This document shows, piece after piece, positions 39,563 through 52,440 of a stretch of DNA of 64,000 nucleotides. How positions within the stretch are numbered: the first letter of the stretch is position 1; every line of letters starts with the position of its first letter. This stretch comes from Takakia lepidozioides (taxonomy: Eukaryota; Plantae; Bryophyta): the NCBI GenBank assembly GCA_030704615.1, contig CM060732.1:40486001-40550000 (forward strand), in the 5' to 3' direction. The position numbers and the translations under genes were made by a program. Under the pieces are notes generated by a model. That model saw only the letters and a list, made by a program, of their open reading frames with translations, made no database searches and was not told where the DNA came from.

Positions 39563-41374
39563 ATGGCGAGTTCATGCAGCCTTCGATTCGTTGTAGTCTT
39601 CTTGCTCATGGCTCTGTGTTTCGGGAGACAATGCCGAGCCTCCAGGCCACTACAAGAGTCCCAGTATCTGCAGGATGATGCACAGGTGGCTTTCCAAGGA
39701 AATGCGTCTTCTTCTGGAGATATGCAGCGTATGGCTGACGTGAATCATGACGGGTATGATTTGCAAGCCCAATTGTGGGTGTTCTCTGTGTACATATGCT
39801 AATGTGTCTTGAGTCCCAGTGTACTTGTTTTGCTGCTTTGGCGTCTCTTTACTCCTGAAGATTCGAGTTCATGTTGTGCATTTGGGATTAACTTGATTCT
39901 TGTACGGATATCTGCAGTGTGCTGGAGAGGAGTTCCAACTACACTAGAAGAGTGTTGGCTGGATGCGGCTCAGGGAATCCCATTGACGATTGCTGGAGAT
40001 GTGACCCTAACTGGGAGCAGAACCGTCAGGGCCTGGCAGATTGTGCTGTTGGATTTGGGAAGAATGCCATTGGCGGGAAGAATGGGCGGATTTACGTGGT
40101 CACTGATTCCAGCGACGAGGATGCGGTCACACCTAAACCAGGCACGCTGCGATATGGGGTCATTCAGGATGAACCTCTTTGGATTATCTTCGCGGGAAAC
40201 ATGGAAATAAAGCTCAAAGAGGAGCTGATCATGAACAGTTATAAGACCCTTGACGGGCGAGGTGCAAATGTGCACATTGCTTTTGGAGCATGCCTCGTCA
40301 TTCAGGCTGTGAGCAATATCATCGTCCACGGACTTCACATTCACGATTGCAAGTCCACTGGTCCTGCAGTCATCAGAAGTTCGCCCTCACATTTTGGTGA
40401 CCGTGGGAAAACTGACGGAGATGGTATCACAATCTTTGGAGCCCATGACATCTGGGTGGACCATTCCTACTTCTCCAACTGTGTCGACGGCCTAGTCGAC
40501 GTGACTATGGGTTCTACTGCTGTCACCGTCTCCAACAGCTATTTCACGAATCATGATAAGGTGCGTCTCAACTGTCGGTTGTGTCTTGTTGTGTTTCGCT
40601 GATTGTCCACACGTCTCTCCACAGTTTCACTTCTGATATCAGCACCAGTGTACAGCGCCACGCACTCACGCTGCTTTGAAGATATCCCCTTTTGTGCTTT
40701 GCTTTGTTTTTTGGGATCTAGCAAGTTTTGGATCTCAGCTTACAGTCGTCATCGATCTTTCAGGTGATGCTTCTGGGCGCGCACCCTGGTGATACCTTCG
40801 ACAAGGGGATGTTTGTCACCGTCGCCTTGAACCATTTTGGACCAAACCTCATACAGCGCATGCCGAGGTGCCGTTATGGATACTTCCATGTTGTGAACAA
40901 TGATTATGAAAACTGGGAAATGTACGCTATCGGAGGGAGCGAGAACCCCACGATCAACAGCGAAGGGAATCGGTTTTTGGCTTCTAACGATGGCGCTTTG
41001 AAAGAGGTGAACTTCCTGACGCTCGCTAGCGTTTGTGTTTACCGCCTTTCTCTCCTTTCGAAATGGCTGTTTTGCATATTCGGAAGATTTGCCTAAGGAT
41101 TCTCTCTTTCACCATTCTGACTGGCCTTCGTTGATCATTCCAGGTGACCAAGCGTGTCCCAGACGGTGGTAGCCAGATTGGAGGTTGGCAAAGTTGGAAC
41201 TGGAGAAGTTCAGGAGACTTATTTTTGAATGGTGCTTTCTTCACCCCCTCTGGAGCCCAGTCTGCCAATGCCAACTTCTATGCCAAGGCGACCAGCTTCT
41301 CTGCGCGCCCATCCTCCATGGTGGGAACCATGACTTCGGATTCAGGACCCATTGCGTGTAACGGCTACTGCTGA
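39563..41374 (+). CDS. Pectate lyase (PL1, plant PLL family), 4 exons, 435 aa
   Basis: Exons 39563-39753, 39918-40560, 40764-41006 and 41144-41374 sum to 1308 nt. Signal peptide, [80 protein letters not shown]. Confidence 0.96.
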
Positions 41375-42902
41375 GCAGACGCTGGTATCTTTCCTCATCA
41401 GTTGTCCACAATTTTGTGGCATTTCTTGGTGGGCAAATGCCCACTTCTCAACTGTCTTAGTGTTCAAATAATTCGTGCATTGCTGAATACTCATTGTATT
41501 CTTGGTTCCGCATTATTGTTTGTGGGAGTTGGTGTTGTGATTGACGGCTTAACATCGACAATAGTCTCAGGCTACCGTCTAGTGTAGAATACCTCGTCTC
41601 AGTGCCCAGAACCTGAGGCTACGCTCCCAAGTGGCCCGGATCACGGTGCTTCTCTGTATCATGACATTAAGGATTTGTGATGGATTTTAAACGCTGCGTT
41701 GTGAAAGTTAGCCCAGCCAGGCAAAGCAGGCAAGAGGCCACTGTATATTTAGGTTCCAAATAAATTCCAAAGCCCACTGGAATTTGCTGGTTACCTGGTC
41801 TTTTTCTGCAATGGAAAGATTGCGCTGTAGTAAAAGTTGTTGTGCACCTCACTCTCAAAGAGTCTGGGGACTTGAATGATAAAGGGAATCTATGGAACGT
41901 GTATCAACAGTGCATCATGCAGCAAACCTGTGTCATCCCGGAGAATCAATCTGTAAGCGGTGTACCTTGGTTGCCTTTGAAACTCTTAACTCATGGGTAG
42001 GTTACTGGCACAAATCATCTTCCCCATAGAAGATGTAGACTGTAGACAGCTCCCAACAGATTCAAGGTTTTTAGCTTACATCGAATCTGTCGAAGACGTT
42101 CAAGATGAACACGTAAGTCATGTATTCGGGAAGGAGGGGAGGATGCATGGAAGTTTGTTGAGATGGAAGAAGGCTGAGGCTGTTGTGGCTATGCAACTCG
42201 GTACCTAAGGGAGAGGAGTGTGATGAAGAAGGCCTGCGACTAATGGAAAGACTTGCAGGGATACTATTGCAACCGAGCTGTGGCCTGAGCGATGGGATAA
42301 AATTTCCAGTGACCTGTCTCTCACGGAGACAGTACCCGATTTCAACACGCTAGACGTGGAGAGAATGTAGGCTGTCCATCTTACCCAATAGAATTGGGAA
42401 TGATGATATTCTAACAAGTTTCTGGACAGGATCCACGTTGGGTTGTGTCTGTAAGGCCCTCATAGTGGACCCTTTACAATAGGAGACCACATACACCAAC
42501 AATTCATAGAGATCACTATTTGAAGGATCGGTGCAAGCTCCTCATACATCATAGCTAGATCCCAGAAGAAGAATTGCATGGGTTTCAGATAATCTCTGGG
42601 AACATCTCGCGAGAGGAAATAACTTAAGGCGGTCTCATTTTTCTGCCGAAGGAAATTCTGCACATGTGGAAAGCTCGAAGCAATTGTCCTTCAAGAAACA
42701 CAAACTAAGTGTATAAGTTTCTGAAAGACTGCATTCGACACAGCTCACACTGCAAAACAACGACTTGATGCAAACTTGTACTTCACAAGCACTTCACTCC
42801 CGTTCTTACGACCACCATTTGGAGTTTTCATGAAGCCCGAGTCATAATGGGCAAGACTGCAGCGAGAATCCTCAGACCAGATATGGCAGGATTGCACTCC
42901 AA

Positions 42903-44894
42903 CTGCCGCTCACTCGCTGTACTTACTCCTCCGTCAGCGAGGGCCACCCGTCGATGAATGCCGTTGGATTCAGGATGAATGTTGAACGGGAACGCATGCA
43001 TCAGTATTCATCTATGCACCAAGAGCATACATGGATGAAGGAAGGGCGGTCACATGGAATGGTCACTACTGTTGATGGATGAAGGCGCAGGACAGGCTGC
43101 AGGCAGTCAGAAAACTACACCTGGCGGTCAAGCCCGCTACCGGTGTAGTCAGGTAGAGGAGACTGACGTTAGCGGACGTTGAACGTCCGGGTTTCCTGGG
43201 CGGTTACGGCCGTTAGTGCTTCCGCATGTCGCGGAAGAGCGATTCAAGGAATTGTGGATTTGCTGTTGTCATCGCAGCGCTTGTGAGGATCTCGATGTGA
43301 ATTGGATCTTTGTTGGATGCAACGATCTACCGATCCACCGCCTCATGAATAGAAAGATTGAATGTGTGTGTGAGAGAGAGAGAGAGATGGCGGTGTAGAT
43401 GGATTTCAACCCCTGCAATGCATGTCAGGTAGAAGCCTCTTGTAATGTTGTTTGTGGGATCTGTCTAGGACTATTTCGACGGTTGTGTGCAACCTGTGTA
43501 GTTGAGCATGGAGATGGCGGAGTGTCCCACAGCTAAATGGTGGTAGGCGACAGACACGAAATTTGCTGTTAAAAATTGATGTTTCTGCCCCTTGTTAGGG
43601 AGAAGAGCTTCATTGGGTTCTGGCACTTGTGATTTGAGGTTATTATGTGAAAGGCAGGACAACTCAGATCCTTTGTCCAAACACTGAACAAGAACATTGG
43701 AGGAACTCTCTGTATCTATGGGGACCAGCTTTGAACTCTTAAGGGTGCTGAATGGCTTCCGATTTGGTGGCTTACCCGCAGTAGAACCTTTTTGCTCAGT
43801 GCATGTATGGGAGCAGCCTCTTCAAAGGACAGAAGTACTAACTACATGAAGCTCACAGGGAAAACCCACAGAAAGTGGTTGGACCCAAGTGTTCCCATCA
43901 ATATGTACACGGTAGTTTTAGGTAATTCCACACCAGGAAATTGAGCTTTCTGCAATCACAGATGGTCCATGGGGGGTGAGTGAGCAGCTTGTGCCCTTGG
44001 TCGCCAAACTCTAAAAGGTTCTTAACACTAACACCTGATAGAGGAAGTTGCACTCATAACTTCCTCTGACTAGGCCCTCCTTCAAATGAGCTGCTTAGGT
44101 TAGAGAAAGCTGCACCCTTGGACCAATGAGGCTGCTTCTTAATCATACCCGTGACAGTACTTCACAAGAAAGTGAAGGGGCTGAACTCCCTTTCAGCTCT
44201 CCTTCTCTAGCTTCTGTGTATGCTACATATATTTCCAAAGGGGCATACTTATTACCTCTGCGCACAACAATTACAACATTTCTCTGATGTAGCAATAACC
44301 TGTCTTCTTACCTCCCTTGAAAGCATTTGGGAAAGGGAATGTTCAAGCTGTCATAAATTGAGCTCTCACAAGCATAGATTATGCAAACTCTGACAAGGGG
44401 ATTGGGTGATTTCTTCTGGAGGAGGATTTTGATGAGTGATCGACTCGGTACGCCTCCTCTCTTCAAATTAAAACCAAGCCTGAATGTAAAGAAGGCGATT
44501 CATGGAGAAGTCAGATCCTCACAGATGTATACTGCTGTCTTTGTAATCTGTCAATCATTCTGGAACAATGATATCGTCTGGACATGTATGATATACATAC
44601 ATGTTCCCAAGGGAGAAACAATGACTACACCGCCTCTAGGCTTTTCTTTCCTGCCATCTAATGCAAGGTGCATTGTTTAAGTTCTGTAGAAAGGCTTTAG
44701 GCTACAGAATGAAAACATAACCCCAGAGATGATTTTCCCCTGAGCCCCTCCTTTTGCAGCTCAACAAATAATCCCTGAGATTATACCTGGCAACCTATCT
44801 TATTCGCGGCCATGCTCATTGCATTGAGTTGTGATTTTTGTGCTGATTTGTCTGCAAAAAGATTGGTTTTCGAATGAACTTTAGCCTACCTCAA
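42903..44894 (-). pseudogene. Internally deleted duplicate of the PME gene at 54402-57464 plus its 3' flank
   Basis: Colinear homology by eye with 53424-56040 (e.g. GTCAGATCCTCAC, CCGCCTCTAGGCTTTTCTTTCCTGCCATCTAATGCAAGG, AGCCTACCTCAA). Most of exons 4 and 5 and all of exon 3 are missing. Truncated next to a LINE. Confidence 0.9.
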
Positions 44895-44933
44895 TCGAAG
44901 TACTAAAACCTCTCATTCTCTCTCTCTCTCCTC

Positions 44934-45989
44934 TGGGGCTCACTAAATTTTTCCACTGCAGAGGGGTCAACTCTGAGGTTAAGAAAACCATGCTTTGTCG
45001 CGTTATTAGACCTGCCTTGGAGTACGGATCTGCTATATGGGTTGATAACTCCAACCAGGCTAAGTCTCTAGAATCCATTCAAGTGGGGGTGCTTAAGGAG
45101 TGTATGTCAGCATGCTCCAAAACAGCCAATGTGGCTGTTCGAGGTGAGTTTGGCATTCCGTCCTTAAGCTCCCGACGAGATGAATTCAAGGTCAGATGGT
45201 GGGGTCAGCTGCAACATATGCCCAACACCAGATATCCTAAATTAATCGACTCTATATCTTGGAAACAGGACCGCCCTGTCAAACAGGCTAAGTCCTGGCA
45301 GAAGAGAGTAGAAGAGATCCTCAAGGACCTGGACCTCGCAAGTCTTGACCCTGCTGGATAAATCTGACTTAGAGGCTGTAGTGTCCTCAGCCATGTCTGT
45401 TGCCATGAGATTGTCTGATGAAAATGAAGTTAGGCAGAAAACTTCCCTGAAGTTGTTTCCAGTCTGTGACATGGGGGAAGACATCTTGGATGACCTCAAG
45501 GGTCTACCCACTCTCGGCACTAGACTGAAATTTAAACTCAGGGCAGGAAGCCTACCTTTGAACAGCAAACAGAAGCATAGAGGAAAGGGAGAGTGCAATT
45601 GCCCGTTGTGTGGGCAATCTGAAGACAGTATTCATTTTCTGATACACTGTCCGGGGTTCTCTCACCAAAGAGACGCTCTCTTCAAATCTATTAAGGGAAT
45701 TGTGCCTGTACCCCTGTTTACCAACTTTGAAAGTCTCGAGGCTGAGCCAAAAACCCAGGCCCTCCTGAGGCCTAGTTTTTGGGCAAATCACACACAGCAG
45801 ATTGATGCTTGTGTGAAGGGATTTCTAGAGGATATCTGGAAAACCCGGATTAATTCTTTATATGGAGGTAAGTCTTACTACCAACGTCAGCCCCTGACAG
45901 AGGTAGGTTCTGTCCCTTTTGTTCCCGCTCAAACTGGGCGCGGGGTCAATGGCCACAAGGCTACGGCAAACAACGTCTTATGAGTACAA
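44934..45989 (+). mobile_element. 5'-truncated LINE (RTE-X/RTE-like RT thumb plus CCHC knuckle)
   Basis: RPALEYGSAIW, LESIQ..VLKE, NVAVRGEFG, R.LKFKLRAG, CPLCGQSEDSIHFLIHCP, with one frameshift near 45350. Flanked by the 11-bp direct repeat TCTCTCTCCTC (44923-44933 and 45990-46000), a likely TSD. Clade assignment is tentative. Confidence 0.85.
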
Positions 45990-47029
45990 TCTCTCTCCTC
46001 GTGGACGAATTTCCCAGGCAGCCTTACCTCCACTGCCTTGTTCGCTTACATGGAGCACTTTGAATTCCAGGCAGCGTGGTGTGGCGGCCTGATTAGGACC
46101 CTTACACCACCACGCTCCAACATTGAGTATTATCCTGTTTTTGTAATATATCCATTAAGCAACAAATTAGGACTGAATGTCTAGTCTGGTGGTAAGAGTA
46201 TCTCTGGTTGATGCATATATTGGTGGTTGGATTATGACTATCGCCTTGGCGGTAGTCTAGCTTGTTTCTGCGACTATCTTCATCTATCTCAAGGAGGTGG
46301 TGAGCCCGACCACCACCTCACAATCCAGCTTGAGGCTATACAGAATTCAAAAATTCAACCTCGTTCTAACCTGGAGGCTATACAATAGTCAGAGGCGATT
46401 CGCAAGCAGGCAAGTGTGGGAGACAAAACTCGGAAATATCAGAGCTCGTCATGATGAAGGGCGATTAGAGGATACATACATAGGTAAAAACCTAGCTAGT
46501 GTAGTTTTGGTGGGCTTTCAATAGCACAATATCCACCCATGGCCGGCTGGGGCTATGGAATCTTGATTCACGCAAAGCCTTGTTGCCTTTACGACTTTAC
46601 CTAAGACAAATCTATCAGCATTCCAGATCCACTGAGCTGCTGATCAAGAGCCAATATTGAGAGCTCCACGGATGGCAATTGTGCAGGTACTCAACAGATG
46701 ATCTAATATGGGCAGCTGACGAGATCACGAGACTGCAGCTGATCTCGCGAAGGGAGTTGCAACGTTGCTCATACTGTGATTACTCTCATCACGTCAAGGC
46801 TTCTAGTAGCAGCTGCCGGCATGAGGAGGACTGCAGAATGCGAACTAGCAAGGCCTATGGCCTTTGAATACGATCTTACTGATGGATGAGTTGCCCCATC
46901 TGGAGGTCTTGAGCTAAAGCCTACTTCCTGATAAATGTGACTTATGGCCTAAGATTTTTTTGTTTTTTAAGAAAACAGGGGATGGAGGCATTGAAAAGGA
47001 ACGGGAAAAAATAACCCGTAAATATTTTT

Positions 47030-48898
47030 AGATACACTTTTGGTAAGAAAATCTTTAGCCATTTCTTCATTGGTACAATTCTAATTTTAACTCTCCACTA
47101 AGTATTTTTTCTCTTATGTAATGGAATTGTATCTCAATATGTTTTGATTTTAGAATGATACTTTGGATTTGCTGTTAATGCGATGGTGCTTTGATTATTG
47201 CACTTAATAATACCGTAGTGCCTTGGCAATTTCGACACAAATTATAATATTTCAAAGATTGTTGAAAATTTTGAAATTAATTTTGTGAAATTAAATAACT
47301 TCGTGAATGATAATACAGCATCTTTGGGAATATTTTATATGTTGAAATGAAATTCTCAAAATAAAATAAATATTCGACAGATGATTGTTGAACTTGCCAA
47401 GGTACTACAGTAGTAGATGTTTGAGGTGCATGTCCCAAATGTGCCATTAACTCCTAAGCCAAATGGCTTCTTTTGCCGCTAAAGTAGAGGCAATATACTC
47501 AACTTCTTTTTTTCTTTTTTCTTTTTAACTCAGCTTCGGTTGTACATAAAGCTGTAGAGGTTTGCCTTTTACTAGCCCAACTTATGGCTCCCCTGCAACT
47601 ATAAAAACATATACAGATGTAGATCTTCTTTCATCCGGGTCTCCTCCCCAATCGGCGTTAGTACAGCTAGAGATCATTAAATCTTTTTTATTTATATCTT
47701 TGATATATTTGATATCCGTTTTAGTAGTATCTTTTAAATAAAAATATATTCTTTTAACTGCTGACCAATGTAGTGTTCCTAGATTTTATTTTATTTTATT
47801 TTATATTGTTTCCTAAAAAGGATACCTGGGAACAACAGCCCACAATTAGATTATTCAAGTGTTGAGAAAGTAACAGCATAGGCTATATCCGACAGTGTAC
47901 TGATAGGACTTTCTTCATTAGAAGAGTACTTATAGGTTTACTGTGTCTCATATTGGCATCTCATAAGAATATCAGTTATATATTTTGATTGACTCAAGTA
48001 AATTGTTGTCGATTCTCTTTCACTATTTACCTCTATTCCAAGTCCATAACTTAATTCAGTCTTCTATGTGATTTGAAATTTAGCTTCTAACTTTCCTTTT
48101 ACTTCAATGATAAATAAATCCTCTACATATAAGAGCTATAATTGGATAACTGTCCCCATCTCTCTTAATATAGACATTACTATCTTCTGTACATTTCTGG
48201 AAATCAATTTCTATTAAATATTAATCTATTTTCATATACCATCTCGAGACGCCTCTTTTAAGCCATAGATATACTTATGCAAATTACATAATAGATGTTC
48301 GTTTCCCTTTGTTAAAAAATTCTTCTAGTTGCTGCATACATAATTCTTCATCAAGATCACAATATAGAAAAGCAGTTTTTACGTTCATTTGTATTATTTC
48401 CGAATTATAATGAGCTGCGAATGCTAGTAGCATCCGAAGTAAAGTCATTTTAACTACGGGAGAGAAAGTATCTTCAAAATCCACTCCAAAAATTTGTGTA
48501 TAACCTTTGGCCACTAGACGCACTTTATAGTGGTCTATAGATCCATCTGATTTAGTTTTAATTCGAAATAACCATTTGCATTCGATTGCATGTCTTTCTT
48601 AAAGTACTTTTTGTACGAATCCATGTTTTATTGGTCATTAAAGAGTGATATTCGTCTTGAATTGCATCCATCCATTTGCCAGCATCGGCTTATCATAGCT
48701 CCTGCAAACATTTTGAGGAGTATCCACACTAGGGATAGCTGCCAAAACCTGTAGATAGTTGAGAGATTGTTGTAACTTCTAAGATGGCTTCCGGACTGTA
48801 GTTCATCATCGAACTCCAGATTGTGTGCTGGTTGGACGACCGGAATCTATTCTTTCGTAGCATTAAAATTGTCATCTTCATCAATAGAGGGATCAACT
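47030..48898 (-). mobile_element. Degenerate Ty1/copia RT-RNaseH fragment
   Basis: RLVAKGYTQIFGVDFEDTFSPVVK, QMNVKTAFL, GAISWASKRQTSTALCTTEAE, NQSTIALTANPKYH. Interrupted by a MITE and a short A-tailed fragment. Confidence 0.9.
47211..47412. mobile_element. MITE family A (TA ends) nested in copia RNaseH
   Basis: TACCGTAGTGCCTTGGCAA ... TTGCCAAGGTACTACAGTA. A second copy lies at 5551-5745. Confidence 0.9.
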
Positions 48899-49027
48899 AA
48901 CTTCACGGAGTAGCTCGTCCGTCTTGAGCTCTGCCTTCATATTGTACACTTGTTGCATACAGACCAAACCTTTCAACTCTTCCCCAAACCTGTCACAGGT
49001 TCAATTCTCTAACCGGAATGTTATAAC

Positions 49028-50054
49028 CAGTGTTGAGTATATGAATTACCTGATATATTACCCTGATATACCCGCCGGGTATATCAGGGTATATTGATAT
49101 ATGTATACCCTGGTGTGGCAAATTTAAGTAACTCGGATGTATACCCTTATATGAGGGTAGATTTTTATGATATACCCTTATCCTTATATTTACCCTGCAT
49201 CAAGACCCTCAATATACTTTCCTGAAGGGTATATGTTAAAATGAAGGGTATATCTAATCAGGGTATATAAGGGCCTTTATGTGCCTTCATAGCCTTTATG
49301 TGCTAGGTCTTTTCTCTTTTTGTTGTGTTGTTAGGGAGCCTTGAGCTATAAGAGTCCAATCACAGCTAAAACAAATGTTACATATATATCATTCTTTAAA
49401 TGTCATATAATCCAAACATATAAAAAGGAAACCTGACAACCCACAATTTAGGTCCTTGAGGGGTTTTTATTTATTTATTTATTTATTTAAGGAAATCTAG
49501 GAGGGACAGCCCACAATTCAGGCCCTTGAGGAGGGGGAAAGATTAACCCCCTTTCATTTATGGGCCATGAGACCTACCGTACGATCAACGCCCATACATA
49601 CTGTCACACAACAATCCCACACACGCAGGGCAGCAGGTTCGAACCCCGAACCACCTAAGTGACACACATTGTGCACTTACCAGCTGAGCTACCAGCCTAT
49701 GCGCTTTTTTTATAATCTCAACAAAATATTATGCAATATCTTATCAATTTTCTCTTTTACCATAGATAGTTTTTTTTTGTGTTTTGTACATATTGAAGAA
49801 CATCATATATTCTTTAAACCATTAAATTATATATTAATGGAAATAACTATCCATACCCGGAAACTATTCATACCCTCAGGGTATATTTTGGCATGTTCAT
49901 CCATACCTGGTGAAAAGTTAATTTACCCATACCCGGAGAGTAAATAAGTTTTTGAGATTTCAATTTATCCATACCCGGAGGGTAAATGATTTGACAAAAA
50001 TAATTTACTCATACCCTAAGGGTATATTGAATTCAATATACCCGCACAACACTG
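49028..50054. mobile_element. Non-autonomous hAT element
   Basis: Termini CAGTGTTG/CAACACTG. Perfect 8-bp TSD GTTATAAC at 49020-49027 and 50055-50062. Many subterminal ATACCC/GGGTAT motifs. Confidence 0.92.
49421..49704 (-). mobile_element. tRNA-derived SINE nested in the hAT element
   Basis: Pol III A box TAGCTCAGCTGG (49691-49680), B box GGTTCGAACC (49636-49645), (TAAA)n tail at ~49464-49490 and a duplicated 3' segment CCTCAAGG.CCT.AATTGTGGG. Confidence 0.85.
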
Positions 50055-50334
50055 GTTATAACCTCATAGTTATCTAGGAAATTTTGACATACTGATTTAG
50101 TACCATCACTAGGACACGTAGGAGCTATTTTTATTATGTTTCTTTATCCTAGATCAGACAATAAATTTTGTCATCTCTTTAAAAATAAATAAATAAAAAT
50201 TGGGGAAAAAATAAAGGTGTATCCGGCACGATTAACTGAAATGAAGTTTGAGATCGAGTCATTCCTCAAGTTCAAACACCTGTCACCCCTCCTATTGTCC
50301 TACCACTTGTTGTTAGTCCTAGTCCACTGACCAG

Positions 50335-51030
50335 AGTTGATCTCTCTATTGATGAAGATGACGACTTTAATGATGAAGATGAAAGAATAGATTCGAGTCC
50401 TCCAACCAGCCCACAATCTGGAGTTCGACGATCAACTAGTGTCCGGAAGCCATCTTACAAGTTACAACAATCTCTCAGTTATGTATAGGTTTTGGCGGCC
50501 ACATCCATAGTGACGATATTCCTCAAACGTTTGCAGGGGCCATGACAAGCCAAGATGTTGACAAATGGATAGATGCAATTCAAGATGAATATAACTCTTT
50601 AATACAAAATTAGCTGAAGGAAGACAATGACATGCAATCAGATGCAAATGATTATTTTGAATTATAACTAAATCAAATGGATCTATAGACCGCTATAAAG
50701 TGCGTCTAGTGGCGGAAGGTTATACACAAATTTCCGGAGTGGATTTTGAAGATACTTTCTCTCCCATAGTTAATTTGAGTTCGCTTCGGATGCTAATAGC
50801 ATTCGCAGCTCATTGTGATTTGGAATAATACAAATGGACATAAAAACCGCTTTTCTACATGGTGATCTTGATGAAGAATTATATGTGCAGCAACAAAGGA
50901 TTTATTATGGAAAAGAACATCTAGTATGTATTTTGCATAAGTCTATCTATGGTTTAAAACAGGTGTCTAGAGCATGGTATACAAACATCGAAAACAGATC
51001 CATATTTAATAGAAACAGATTTCCAGAATT
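50335..51030 (+). mobile_element. Ty1/copia RT fragment, inverted copy of 48190-48898
   Basis: YKVRLVAEGYTQISGVDFEDTFSP, QMDIKTAFLHGDLDEELY, KSIYGLKQVSRAWY. Begins at the same AGTTGATC.CTCTATTGATGAAGATGAC as the left copy. Confidence 0.9.
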
Positions 51031-51621
51031 GCATAAAGGGTAACTGTACCTATCATTGCCCATTTAAGACTTTGAGAAGCCATAACTTGTTCATATGATC
51101 ATATTCTGGTGCAAAATTTGGACCTAGGGGAGGTTAGCAAGTTAGCTTCAAAACCCAATTTACGAACTTTACAAAACCCAATACACTGCATTGAAGTGTT
51201 TGGCACAACGAGCCTATATAATCTTCATAAAACCAAGTATCATTGCCCCTATCATTGCACACCATTGCACCTATCATTGCGCATTTGTGGAATTAGTGTA
51301 AATTAATACAGCTTAATACAGAATCTACAGTAGAGCCACATACTGGAAATGGTCTACTTAGTTACTCGCCCAACACTACACAAGGCAAAACCTAGGGACA
51401 ACCTAATTGCCGACACCATATCAACTACAAAATTTATGAAACAAGAATTTCCTCTCAGACCTCTTTACCAGAGGACATCTTACAATACGTTTCATTGTAA
51501 AACTTTGAGAGTAGCTAAAGGTTGCATCATAGCTAATTTCAGATGCCAATGCATCAGTCTCATACTTGGTCAAGTACAAAGACTTCTGAATGTATTCCCA
51601 CTCGGACTCAGGCATCACCTG

Positions 51622-52440
51622 TTTGAATTTCGGTTTTCTCCGCTCAATCCTATTGAAAATTTGCCTATTGCTTCTGGGTATTGTTAGGTAACCTCTCACC
51701 AGAAGGATTTGAGTAATTATGGTTTTTGAGATAACATGTTTATATGTGCTTATTAGGGATGGACATGTCAACGCTCACCAAAACACATACAAAGCAACAT
51801 ATGCAGTAAAATGTTGGTTTGATGTGAAAGTTGGCATGAACTTTGCGTTTGCACTGCACATTATGAAAATTTGGGGTAGCCCTTCTGAAAAATTCAAAAG
51901 CCCCTCAACAAGCCTCGTCAAAGCAAATAAAGGTGTTTTTTTTCTTTTTCTTTTTCTTTTTGAGAACAGGGATAGGGGCCTGATGAATTTTATTAACAAT
52001 TATTTGGGGAAAAAAATTAAAACCCCGATTACACCATAAGGCACACACCGTGGGTGGTCGGTGTACTAAGAACCATACTTCCTCTAGAAGAGGACCTTGC
52101 ATACGATACCAAACTAAGGGAACACGTCCCAAGCAACAAGACCATTTTAATACCTAATTGAGGTACTGCCAACACGTTTTTCTTTATAAGACAAACCAGC
52201 AGGAAGGGGGCTAAAAAGACTCCCGACAGATTAAGACCATTGACATTTTTAAAAGCAGTAAACCTCTATCTGGCCTTTTTTCAAACCCAAAAAACAATAT
52301 AATCTCTCAAACTCAACGGTGAAAATTCCTAAAATTTGGGGAGATGGTCACTGTAGGCCAAGTAGGTATGTATGTGTACGATCAATTTTTGTGGATGAAT
52401 GCTGGTAGGTGGGTAGCCTCCCATTAGTTCCAAAGGGTAA
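51622..52440. mobile_element. Family B repeat copy interrupted by a minus-strand LINE 3' tail (~51934-52285)
   Basis: Homology with 6420-6925 resumes after a poly-T-led insertion whose end matches 23700-23790. Confidence 0.7.

Noticed and set aside
39563-41374. Bacterial or fungal horizontal origin of the pectinolytic cluster
   Set aside because: All genes have plant-type sequences ([18 protein letters not shown], plant CE8) and canonical plant intron positions.
41990-42700. Additional wall-enzyme gene (e.g. polygalacturonase or XTH)
   Set aside because: The frames I read contain stops and show no GH28 or GH16 motifs.
49630-49704. tRNA gene
   Set aside because: It has A/B boxes but no convincing acceptor stem or cloverleaf, and it continues into an A-rich tail, so it is a SINE head.
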